Positions 28,056-36,361 of a stretch of 63,526 bases of DNA are shown here, piece after piece. A model generated the notes under the pieces. It saw only the letters and a list, made by a program, of their open reading frames with translations, ran no database searches and had not been told where the DNA came from. The stretch lies in the NCBI GenBank assembly GCA_038106605.1, contig JAYOEF010000003.1:1-63526 (forward strand), written 5' to 3'. The stretch comes from Alphaproteobacteria bacterium. Lineage in GTDB: Bacteria; Pseudomonadota; Alphaproteobacteria; MPNO01; UBA830. Position 1 is the first letter of the stretch. The number at the start of each line of letters is the position of its first letter. The translations under genes and the position numbers were made by a program.

Positions 28056-28984
28056 ACGTGCTGCTGCCGCTCGAGATCATGGGACGGCGGGCGCCATGGC
28101 TCCTCGCCGCGGGCGTCTTCGGCGGTATCCTGTGGCAGCCGCTCGCAGACGTCCTCGCCCCGTGGCTCGAAGCGCTGATCGTCATGAACCTCGCACTGTC
28201 GATGATGCGGATCGAGCCGTCGGCCCTCACAGGCTACCTGCGCCGGCCCGGCCTGATCGCGACGATCTTCGCCGCCAAGATGCTGATCGCGCCGCTCGTC
28301 GTCTGGGCGTTCACGCGGATCGCGGGCATCGGCGGCCCGATCGGCGAGGGCGTCGTCTTCCACGCGCTGACCGTACCGATCATGTCGGCGCCGGCGCTCT
28401 GCATCCTGTTCGGGCTCGATGCGGCGCTCGCCCTCATCATCACCGTGCTGGCCTATGCCCTCGTGCCGTTCACCCTGCCGCCGCTCGCGCTCTGGCTGCT
28501 CGGGATCGAGCTCGATCTCACGGTGTGGGAGCTGATGTGGCGCCTCGGGCGCATCGTCGGCGTGAGCTTCCTCCTCGCCGTCCTCGCCCGGCGTTTCCTC
28601 GGCCCGCGATTCCTCCAGGCGCAGGCGGCACGCATGGACGGGCTGATGGTGCTCGGCATGGTCGGCGTGGCGGTGTCGCTGATGTCCGGGCTTCCGGATT
28701 TCGCGGCGGCGAACCCGTCCTACACCGCCTTGGTGACGGCAACGACCTTCGCCGCCAACATCGTCCTCCAGATCGCCGGCGCCCTCGCCTTCTGGCGGAT
28801 GGGGCGGCAGGCGGCGGTCACGATCGGCCTGATCACCGGGAATACCAACGTCGCCATCGTCATGGCCGCGCTGTCCGAGAGCGCGCCTTACGAGCTGCTG
28901 GTCTATTTCGTGGTCGGACAGTTCCCGATCTACACGCTGCCGCTGGTCGCGCTGCCGGTTTACCGGCGGTTGGCGGGACGATAG
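28052..28984 (+). CDS. BASS/SBF-like membrane transporter, tandem paralogue
   Basis: 310 aa, colinear with the previous ORF (LITGNTNVAIVMA, and a C-terminal PVYRRL motif shared by both). ATGA overlap with the previous gene. Confidence 0.6.
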   Translation: MNVLLPLEIMGRRAPWLLAAGVFGGILWQPLADVLAPWLEALIVMNLALSMMRIEPSALTGYLRRPGLIATIFAAKMLIAPLVVWAFTRIAGIGGPIGEGVVFHALTVPIMSAPALCILFGLDAALALIITVLAYALVPFTLPPLALWLLGIELDLTVWELMWRLGRIVGVSFLLAVLARRFLGPRFLQAQAARMDGLMVLGMVGVAVSLMSGLPDFAAANPSYTALVTATTFAANIVLQIAGALAFWRMGRQAAVTIGLITGNTNVAIVMAALSESAPYELLVYFVVGQFPIYTLPLVALPVYRRLAGR

Positions 28985-29006
28985 GGCCGGGAGATAGGTC
29001 GGGGCG

Positions 29007-29660
29007 TCAGACCAGCCGGAACAGAACCGGCAGAAGCCCCGCGCCCTGCAGATACCCGATCCCTTCGATCACCGGTATGACGAGGAGGAAGCAGCTGCTT
29101 TCGATGAAGGTCGTCGTCACCAGCGTGGGACGGATCGTGACCCACTCCGCGCCCCGCCATTTGCCGAGCGCCGGCAGCCAGCGCGGAACGTCGGCCGCAA
29201 AGGCCGCGAATTCCCCGCCGAACCTCTCGCGCAGGAACTGCTCCTCTGAGAGGATGACGATATGGAAAATCCCGAAGGTGATGGCGGACAGCACGATCCC
29301 GGCTGAGACGCTACCGGTCCACAGACCGGCGCCCGCGGCACCGATCACCGAAAAGACATAGAGCGGATTACGGACGATCGAATAGGGCCCGGTCGCCACC
29401 AGCGTGACCCGCTTGATCCCGGAGATATAGAGCGCCGTCCATGTCCGCCCGAGGATGCACAGCAGAATGAGCGCCGCGCCGACGCCCTTCATCGCGTAAT
29501 GGGCCGGCGTGCCGTCGCGCGTGACGGGCGCCATGAAAAGCATCAGGAGCGCCGCCGCAACGATGCCAATGAGCAGCACGAGTTTGCGGCGCCGCTGTAC
29601 GGCGGAAAGATTGATCCCGCTCACTGTTCCTCCAGGTCCCGCCGACGAAATTCCGGTCAT
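29007..29660 (-). CDS. ICMT/PEMT-family membrane methyltransferase
   Basis: TGPYSIVRNPLYVFSVIG and ILSEEQFLRERFGGEFAAF motifs. Confidence 0.7.
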   Translation of the reverse strand: MTGISSAGPGGTVSGINLSAVQRRRKLVLLIGIVAAALLMLFMAPVTRDGTPAHYAMKGVGAALILLCILGRTWTALYISGIKRVTLVATGPYSIVRNPLYVFSVIGAAGAGLWTGSVSAGIVLSAITFGIFHIVILSEEQFLRERFGGEFAAFAADVPRWLPALGKWRGAEWVTIRPTLVTTTFIESSCFLLVIPVIEGIGYLQGAGLLPVLFRLV

Positions 29661-29681
29661 CGCCCCCTCGGGTCGCGGGCA

Positions 29682-30437
29682 CTATACCGTATTGAGGATT
29701 CGGGTCCGCTTCTTTAGGAAGCGCAGCAGGAGAAACACCGCCAGCGACAGGCCCAGCCCGACCGGCCAGGCCAGATCCTCCCGCACCCAGTCCAGAAGCG
29801 GCTCACCCGCGACGACGACGTCGACGAGAATCTCCATTATGAAAAATGCCAGAGCGACCGCGAGCACGCCGTTGTATTCCCGTTTGAGAACGGTCCTCCA
29901 GGCGATCGGCCTGTGGGAGGGCGTCCATCCGGAGAGCCGCGGGACGAAAGCGGGCGTCTTCCCGGCCCAGTTCAGGAAATCGGCACCGAACTGGCTCTCG
30001 AGGAAACTTTCCTCCGTCGCCATGATCCGCTCGATGTAGAGCCAGTAGGCGAGACAGGTAAGGAGCACGTACCACCAGACCATCGTCGCCATGACGACCC
30101 CGGCGATCCCGAGGAAGTTCCCGAGATAGAGCGGATGCCGGACCATCGAATAAAGGCCGGTGCGGTTGAGGGCGTCGGCACGCTGTTCGGCGACGTTGCG
30201 GCCCGAGGTGCCGGGGGCCGCCTGCGCGACGACCCACCAGCGGACCGCGAGGCCCGCAACCGAGATGAGGTAGCAGACGAACACCCAGGCGTCGTGCATC
30301 CGGTCTCCGACCAGCGCCTCGACGTGCCGCGCCTCCTGCAGGGCGGGGATCAGCGGAACGAGAAGCAGGAGCGGCAGATAGCTGCGCCAGCGAAAGAGGA
30401 AGGCGCCGTCGCGCACGAGGCTGTCGGTTATTTTCAT
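29682..30437 (-). CDS. ICMT/PEMT-family membrane methyltransferase (second, divergent copy)
   Basis: TGLYSMVRHPLYLGNFLG and MATEESFLESQFGADFLNW motifs. The start is taken at MKITDS (30437). Confidence 0.7.
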   Translation of the reverse strand: MKITDSLVRDGAFLFRWRSYLPLLLLVPLIPALQEARHVEALVGDRMHDAWVFVCYLISVAGLAVRWWVVAQAAPGTSGRNVAEQRADALNRTGLYSMVRHPLYLGNFLGIAGVVMATMVWWYVLLTCLAYWLYIERIMATEESFLESQFGADFLNWAGKTPAFVPRLSGWTPSHRPIAWRTVLKREYNGVLAVALAFFIMEILVDVVVAGEPLLDWVREDLAWPVGLGLSLAVFLLLRFLKKRTRILNTV

Positions 30438-30506
30438 CAGCAGGTTCCGGAATAGATCGCCCGATCGTAGCTCTGGCCGTCGCCGCATACGGGTACCTTA
30501 CGACGG

Positions 30507-30545
30507 GCAAAAAGAAAAGGCGGCGAACCCGCGCCCGCCGCCTTT
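30507..30545 (-). terminator. Rho-independent terminator after the Rieske oxygenase gene
   Basis: On the minus strand a GC-rich hairpin (AAGGCGGCG ... CGCCGCCTT) is followed by TTTTCTTTTTG. Confidence 0.7.
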
Positions 30546-30568
30546 CCCGAAAGCTTGGGAAGCATCCG

Positions 30569-31636
30569 CTATTCGGCGGCGACCGCCACTTCGCTTCGCT
30601 CGGCCGCGATCCTGCGGTCGATCATGGCGCGCGCCGCGATGGCGCCGGCGTCCTGGATCGTGTCGATCGTCGGGCGCTCGTCCCAGTTTTCCTGCTGCTT
30701 GTTGAAGACTTCCCAGTCCTGGTGGAACGCTGTGAAGATCTGCTTGTACTGCATCTCCGTCATCTCCGGCGTGATCGGCTTGCCGGGGATCTGGTAGGCG
30801 TTCGACCAGAAGTAATGGGTCGTCGTCTCGGTCTCCGGCGTGACGAAGTTCAGGTTGTGGAACCCGAACCCGTTCCGTGGCACGTCGAGCTCGATGTCGG
30901 TGAAGCCGAACTCCTTGCCCCCGGCCGCGCCCGGCGCTGCGCCGGTGAACAGGCGCACCGCGCCCGGCATGCGGAACTCGATGATCTGCCAACGGTCGAC
31001 GATGTCTTTGTCGGTCCAGCCGCCCATCTTCTGGTAGGTCGGCGCCGGCGGCTGGCCCACGGTCCAGCGCGCGACGGTGACCGAATCGTCGGTCTTGAGC
31101 GTGCGGATCTTCGCCGCCTCGGCGACGGCAGCGTTGCCGATGGTCGAGCGATGGACAAAGCCGAGATGCGACAGGTCGAGGAGGTTGTCGATGATCAGCT
31201 TGTAGTCGCACTTGACGTAGAAATAGGTGCCCTTGTCGCCCCAGTCGTCCGCGACCTTCCACGGATAGGGGGTGATCAGGCTCTCGTCCGCGAGCGCGGG
31301 ATCGCCCATCCAGATCCAGGTCCAGTTGTACTTCTCGACAAGCGGGTACTTGCGCACCTGGGCGCCGGGCGGCACCTGCGACTGGCCGGGCACGTGCACG
31401 CACTTGCCCGACTCCGCGAAGCGGAGGCCGTGGTAGTAGCATTCGAGCTGGTCGCCGACGACGAAGGCCTTCGACAGCGGCATGCGCCGGTGGCAGCAGC
31501 GGTCCTCGAAGGCTATCGGCGTGCCGTCCTCCTTGCGCCAGAAGGCGATGCGCTCGTTGCAGATGGTGCGCGCCATCGGCGTCCGGGAAATCTCCTCGGG
31601 CTGGGCGCAGACGTACCAGGTGTTCTTCAGGAACAT
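30569..31636 (-). CDS. Rieske [2Fe-2S] aromatic-ring oxygenase, VanA/PobA-like (class IA oxygenase component)
   Basis: MFLKNTWYV start, Rieske motif CCHRRMPLS ... CYYHGLRF, and the mononuclear-iron region NLLDLSHLGFVH. Confidence 0.85.
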   Translation of the reverse strand: MFLKNTWYVCAQPEEISRTPMARTICNERIAFWRKEDGTPIAFEDRCCHRRMPLSKAFVVGDQLECYYHGLRFAESGKCVHVPGQSQVPPGAQVRKYPLVEKYNWTWIWMGDPALADESLITPYPWKVADDWGDKGTYFYVKCDYKLIIDNLLDLSHLGFVHRSTIGNAAVAEAAKIRTLKTDDSVTVARWTVGQPPAPTYQKMGGWTDKDIVDRWQIIEFRMPGAVRLFTGAAPGAAGGKEFGFTDIELDVPRNGFGFHNLNFVTPETETTTHYFWSNAYQIPGKPITPEMTEMQYKQIFTAFHQDWEVFNKQQENWDERPTIDTIQDAGAIAARAMIDRRIAAERSEVAVAAE

Positions 31637-31814
31637 GCGTTTCCTCCCGCGTTGGACCGCGGATACCGACCGATTTCGGCATTCCATAGTCGTTAGTAGT
31701 CTATTAAATTCGCCAGTGGCTGGCAAGGTTGCGGGCCCCCGCGAAACGCCCGGCAAACCGCGATTTCGCGAAGACGGAGGCGGCGGGTACGGCAGGAGAG
31801 GAGGGGAATTCCCC

Positions 31815-32213
31815 ATGGAAAATCGCGCGTTCTACCCCGAGAAGATGCAGCCGCCGCTGGGCAAATACGCCCATGGCGTGGAGGTGCCGGAAGACGCCAA
31901 GCTGACCTTCGTCGCCGGCCAGGTGGGGATCGATTTCGACGGCAATCTGCCCGAGGATTTCGCGAGCCAGGCGCGCAACGCCTGGAACAACTGCATGGCC
32001 GTGCTCGAGCACAACCGGCTCCGCATGAGCGACGTGGTGAAGATCACGCACTTCATCACCGACCCCAAGAATCTGCCAGCCTACAACGAAGTGCGCTCCG
32101 AGTTCCTCGGCGAGAGCCGTCCGGCCTCGACGCTGCTGATCGTCGCCGGCCTCGTAGACCCGAAGTTTCTTGTCGAAGTGGAAATGATCGCGGCGTCTAC
32201 GCGCCGCGGCTGA
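31815..32213 (+). CDS. RidA/YjgF family protein
   Basis: 132 aa. Contains PLGKYAHGVEV ... FVAGQVG ... ASTLLIVAGL ... VEVEMIA. Confidence 0.8.
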   Translation: MENRAFYPEKMQPPLGKYAHGVEVPEDAKLTFVAGQVGIDFDGNLPEDFASQARNAWNNCMAVLEHNRLRMSDVVKITHFITDPKNLPAYNEVRSEFLGESRPASTLLIVAGLVDPKFLVEVEMIAASTRRG

Positions 32214-32219
32214 ACGGCC

Positions 32220-33929
32220 TCAGCCCGCGTTCTGCAGGATCGCGTCGGCGATCTTCTCGCCCATCATGATGGTCGGGATGTTGGTGTTCGCCCGCGGCAC
32301 GCACGGCATGATCGACGCGTCGCAGACGCGGAGCCCCGAGACGCCGTAGACCCGGCCCGCCGAATCGGTGACCGCGCCCGGATCGTCCGCCGCGCCCATG
32401 CGGCAGGTGCACGAGCCGTGCCACGTGCCGGTGACGTTCGCCCGGATCCAGTCAGCGATCGCCCCGTCGTCGGCGAGCAGCGTTTCCATGTCCGGCCCTT
32501 CGAGGATGGCATTCCGGATGAAGGCGCGGCGCACCGGCCCGCCGAGATCGGTGAGCTTCGCAGCCAGCCACGTCTTCAGCCCGTTCGCGGCGGTATACAC
32601 GCCGACCTTGCGCACGCGCTCCGAATAGCAGGCGGGGAAGACGTCGGTCACCGCGGCGCGCACCTCGGGATGCGCGTGCAGCCGGCCGATCAGGCGGGTC
32701 GCACCGACGAGGCGCACGAGGTCGCGCTCGTCCGAGCACATGTTGAAATCGACGATGGGCTCCACGGACGGATCGGCCGAGGCGAGCGTCACTTCGCCGG
32801 TCGAGAACGATTTGTTGATCCACACCATGGTCGCGCCGATGCGGTCGCCGAGCGCGTGCCACGACGTCTTGTTGGTCGGCACGAGGAAAACGTCGCCCTC
32901 GCCACAGCCCTCGATGCCGGAGCTGTAGCGCATGCAGGCGATCATCTGGCGGCGCATGCCGCCCTGGAGCCGCGCCTCCGGGCGCATCCATGCCGCGACC
33001 GAGATGTTGGGATGCTCCATCAGGTGCTGGCCGACGCCCGGCCGGTCGGCGACGATGCCGATGCCGAGATGCGAGAGCTGTGCCGCCGGACCGATGCCGG
33101 AGCGCATCAGGATCGCGGGCGAGTGCGTCGAGCCGCCGGAGACGATCACCTCGTTCGCGCGGATCGTGCGGTCGGTGCCATGGCGACGGACGCGGAGACC
33201 GGTGAGCCGCCGCCCCTCGAACGTCAGCGTCTGCACCTCGGCCTCGTCGAGGATGTCGAAGTTGGGCCGCGCGCGCACCTCCTTCGTCAGGTAGGCGACG
33301 TTCGCCGAGACGCGCTTGCCGTCGATGTTGGAGACCGAGATCGGGAAATAGCCGTCCGTGAATTCCGCGTTCATGTCGGCGACGTACGAATATCCCTCCG
33401 CCTCGATCGCCTTCATCACGGCGGCGGTGTAGCCGGGCCATTCGTCGGGGAAGATGCGGCGCACGCCGATCGGCCCGTCCTTGCCGTGCCACGGCCCGTC
33501 GAAATCGCGGTCCGATTCGAGCTTCCGGAAATAGGGCAGCACGTCGTCCCAGCCCCAGCCGGCGGCGCCGCGCTCGACCCATTCGTCGTAGTCGGCCGGG
33601 CTACCCCGGTTCGCCATCATGCCGTTGATCGACGAGCCGCCGCCGATGACACGGCCCTGCTGGTAGAGCTTGCGCGCGCGACCGTCGGGCAGGTTTCCGG
33701 GCCGCGGCGACATCACGACGCGGAGATTCTGCCACAGGAATTGCGGGTCGTTGTAGGCGACGCCGGCGAACCCGTCCTGGAGCTGCGGCGGCAGCGCGTC
33801 GGGCGGATAGTCCTTTCCGGCCTCGACCAGAAGAACCCGTTTGGACGACCTTTCGCTGAGCCGTCCGGCGAGGACGCAGCCGGCGGAGCCGCCTCCGACA
33901 ACGACGTAATCGTAGACCGTATCGCTCAC
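32220..33929 (-). CDS. GMC family oxidoreductase (choline-dehydrogenase-like)
   Basis: YDYVVVGGGSAGCVLAGRLSE FAD-binding fold and the C-terminal GTCRMG ... RVCDASIMP. The GTG start at 33929 is inferred. Confidence 0.85.
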   Translation of the reverse strand: MSDTVYDYVVVGGGSAGCVLAGRLSERSSKRVLLVEAGKDYPPDALPPQLQDGFAGVAYNDPQFLWQNLRVVMSPRPGNLPDGRARKLYQQGRVIGGGSSINGMMANRGSPADYDEWVERGAAGWGWDDVLPYFRKLESDRDFDGPWHGKDGPIGVRRIFPDEWPGYTAAVMKAIEAEGYSYVADMNAEFTDGYFPISVSNIDGKRVSANVAYLTKEVRARPNFDILDEAEVQTLTFEGRRLTGLRVRRHGTDRTIRANEVIVSGGSTHSPAILMRSGIGPAAQLSHLGIGIVADRPGVGQHLMEHPNISVAAWMRPEARLQGGMRRQMIACMRYSSGIEGCGEGDVFLVPTNKTSWHALGDRIGATMVWINKSFSTGEVTLASADPSVEPIVDFNMCSDERDLVRLVGATRLIGRLHAHPEVRAAVTDVFPACYSERVRKVGVYTAANGLKTWLAAKLTDLGGPVRRAFIRNAILEGPDMETLLADDGAIADWIRANVTGTWHGSCTCRMGAADDPGAVTDSAGRVYGVSGLRVCDASIMPCVPRANTNIPTIMMGEKIADAILQNAG

Positions 33930-34091
33930 GCGCGGACCTGCGCGGCAGCCGAGGGCGGAACTTTCATTAATGACCCGTTCAGCGCGTTGGGTTAATCGTT
34001 TCCGAGCATTGTCGACGTTCGGCGAGGCGCCGCAAGGGGTTTCGGGCGGCACGCGCGGGACGGCACCGGAGGGAACCCGTGAGAGGAACCT

Positions 34092-35303
34092 GTGATCGAT
34101 AGGCTTCGCCGCTGTCTCGCCGCGCTGCTTCCAACGCTGGTCGTCGCGGGTCTCGCAGCGCCCGCAGTGGCGGCGGGCTGCGGCGACGCGGTCCGCTTCG
34201 GGACGACGATCTCTTCGACCGGCGCGCTCGGGCCGCGCACGGCGAAGTGGCGCGAGCTCACCATCGAGTTCGCGAAGATGGTCAACGAGAAGGGCGGGAT
34301 CGAGGTGCGCGCCTGCGGCCGGCGGCTACCCGTCCAGTTCTACATCTACGACGACCAGTCGAACCCCGACGCGGCGGCCGCGCTCTACGAGCGGCTGGCG
34401 ACGACGGACCGCGCCGATTTCCTGATCGGCCCGGACTGGACGCCGCATGCGCTCGCGAGCTATCGCGTCGCGGCGAAGTACAAGATCCCGATGATGATGA
34501 CCAACGTCGACGACCCGCGTCTGTTCGACCGCAGGTCCGAATACGTCTGGGCGACGCCGATGCCGACGACCGCGGAATGGTCGACGCGCTATTTCGACAT
34601 GCTGACGAAGCAGCTGCCGCCGCCGCGCACGATCTTCTTTGTCGCCGAAGACGATCCGGAAGCGAAGGCGCACAACGAGCTCTGGGCGAAGCGGGCCGCC
34701 GCCGCCGGGCTCCGCGTGCTCGCTTCGGAGACCTTTGCCGCCGACGCGGCGGACTTCACCGGCCTCGTCCTCAAGCTGCGGCTTCGCCGCCCGGACGCGA
34801 TCTATATCGCGGCTTCGGACGGGCCGTCCGCCGCGCTGATCGCGCAGATGAAGCGCCAGGGCGTGCGCGCGATGAGCCTGCACCACGCCCTCCTGACCGC
34901 GCCGCTCGTCCGCCGCCTCGGCAAGATCGCCGAGGACGTGACCGGCGAGCTGCCCTGGTATCCCGGCGTTCACGGTCCCCACGCCGAGTTCGCGACGGAA
35001 CTGCTCCGGAGCGCCGGCATAGACCTGTTCGAGAACCCGGCGGCGATGGCGCGCATCGCCGCCTACCTCATCATGGTCCAGGCCGTGGAACGCGCCGGCG
35101 CGGTCGACCGCGAGAAGGTCCGCCTCGCGCTCACCAAGGGCAGCTTCGAGACGCCCGCCGGGACCGTCGCGTTCGGCGAGAACGGGTTCCCGGCGCGCAA
35201 TGGCGCGATGACGGTCCAGGTCCGGGACGGCCGGCCGGTCGTCGTGTGGCCGCCGGAGATCGCGACCGGCCGCTACGCCTGGCCGTCGCCCAGCTGGAAC
35301 TGA
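34092..35303 (+). CDS. periplasmic ABC-type substrate-binding protein (LivJ/amide-binding-like), orphan
   Basis: Signal peptide followed by a type-I PBP pattern (FGTTISSTGALG ... IYDDQSNPDAAAALYERL). No permease or ATPase gene is adjacent. Confidence 0.65.
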   Translation: MIDRLRRCLAALLPTLVVAGLAAPAVAAGCGDAVRFGTTISSTGALGPRTAKWRELTIEFAKMVNEKGGIEVRACGRRLPVQFYIYDDQSNPDAAAALYERLATTDRADFLIGPDWTPHALASYRVAAKYKIPMMMTNVDDPRLFDRRSEYVWATPMPTTAEWSTRYFDMLTKQLPPPRTIFFVAEDDPEAKAHNELWAKRAAAAGLRVLASETFAADAADFTGLVLKLRLRRPDAIYIAASDGPSAALIAQMKRQGVRAMSLHHALLTAPLVRRLGKIAEDVTGELPWYPGVHGPHAEFATELLRSAGIDLFENPAAMARIAAYLIMVQAVERAGAVDREKVRLALTKGSFETPAGTVAFGENGFPARNGAMTVQVRDGRPVVVWPPEIATGRYAWPSPSWN

Positions 35304-35342
35304 GCCTCCCCTGACCGGCCTCCCCTGACCGCCCCCCTGACG
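35304..35342. repeat. short tandem repeat (about 3 copies of a 13-14-bp unit GCCTCCCCTGACC)
   Basis: The direct repeats start immediately after the stop of the binding-protein gene. Confidence 0.7.
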
Positions 35343-35484
35343 TCCCCAGGGCCCGGCGCAACCCGGCAATCGGATTTCGGATCGGCCGCGCGGTTTCCGC
35401 GGACGGCCCGACGGTGCTATGTGTGGACGGCGCGGGCAACGCAGGCCACGCGTTTGCAGAAACGCAACAAGGGAGCGAGGGAAC

Positions 35485-36240
35485 ATGGGACGACTTGAAG
35501 GACGTGTTGCGATCGTCACCGGCGCGGGCCGGGGCATCGGCGCGGAATACGCCAAGGCGCTCGCCGCCGAGGGCGCGAAAGTCACGGTCACCGACATCGT
35601 CGACACCGATAACACGGTTAACATCATCCGCCAGGCCGGTGGCGAGGCGATCGGCGTCCGTTGCGACGTCACCAGACCTGACGACGTTAACGCCATGGTC
35701 GCCGAGACCGTCGCGAAGTTCGGCAAGCTCGACATCATCGTCAACAACGCCGCTCTGTTCGCCGACCTCAAGCAGCGTTCCTTCCTCGAGATTCCAGAGG
35801 ACGAATGGGACCGCGTGATGCAGGTCAATACCCGGGGCGTTTTCACCTGCAGCAAGGCCGCCGTGACCGAAATGAAGAAGAACGGCTACGGAAAGATCGT
35901 CAACATCGCCTCGGGCACCGTCTTCAAGGGCGTGCCCATGCTGCTCCACTACGTCAGCTCCAAGGGTGCGCAGATCGCCTTCACCCGCGCCCTCGCGCGC
36001 GAGGTGGGCGAATTCGGCATCACCGTGAACTGCATCGCGCCCGGCCTGACGATGAGCGAAAAGGTCGTGAACGACGAGCAGTGGATGGCGGTGAAGGGCG
36101 GCAACACCGCCTCACGGGCGCTCAAGCGCGAAGAAGTGCCGGAAGACCTCCTCGGTGCCGTCGTCTTCTTCTCCTCGACGGATTCCGATTTCATCACCGG
36201 CCAGACGCTCGTCGTCGACGGCGGGTCGGCGATGCACTGA
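35485..36240 (+). CDS. short-chain dehydrogenase/reductase (SDR)
   Basis: TGAGRGIG, NNAA and YVSSKGA motifs. A GGGAGCGAGGGA RBS precedes the ATG at 35485. Confidence 0.85.
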   Translation: MGRLEGRVAIVTGAGRGIGAEYAKALAAEGAKVTVTDIVDTDNTVNIIRQAGGEAIGVRCDVTRPDDVNAMVAETVAKFGKLDIIVNNAALFADLKQRSFLEIPEDEWDRVMQVNTRGVFTCSKAAVTEMKKNGYGKIVNIASGTVFKGVPMLLHYVSSKGAQIAFTRALAREVGEFGITVNCIAPGLTMSEKVVNDEQWMAVKGGNTASRALKREEVPEDLLGAVVFFSSTDSDFITGQTLVVDGGSAMH

Positions 36241-36263
36241 CGGACGCTTCGCGTCGCATTTCG

Positions 36264-36297
36264 AAGGGGCGCCGAAAGGCGCCCCTTTCCGTTTCTA
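36264..36297 (+). terminator. Rho-independent terminator after the SDR gene
   Basis: AAGGGGCGCC-GAAA-GGCGCCCCTT hairpin followed by TCCGTTTCT. Confidence 0.75.
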
Positions 36298-36361
36298 CCG
36301 TCGGCCGCATTGAAACGAGGCAGCGGCCGGATGGATTCGCGCCGACGTCTGTTTACAGGTC

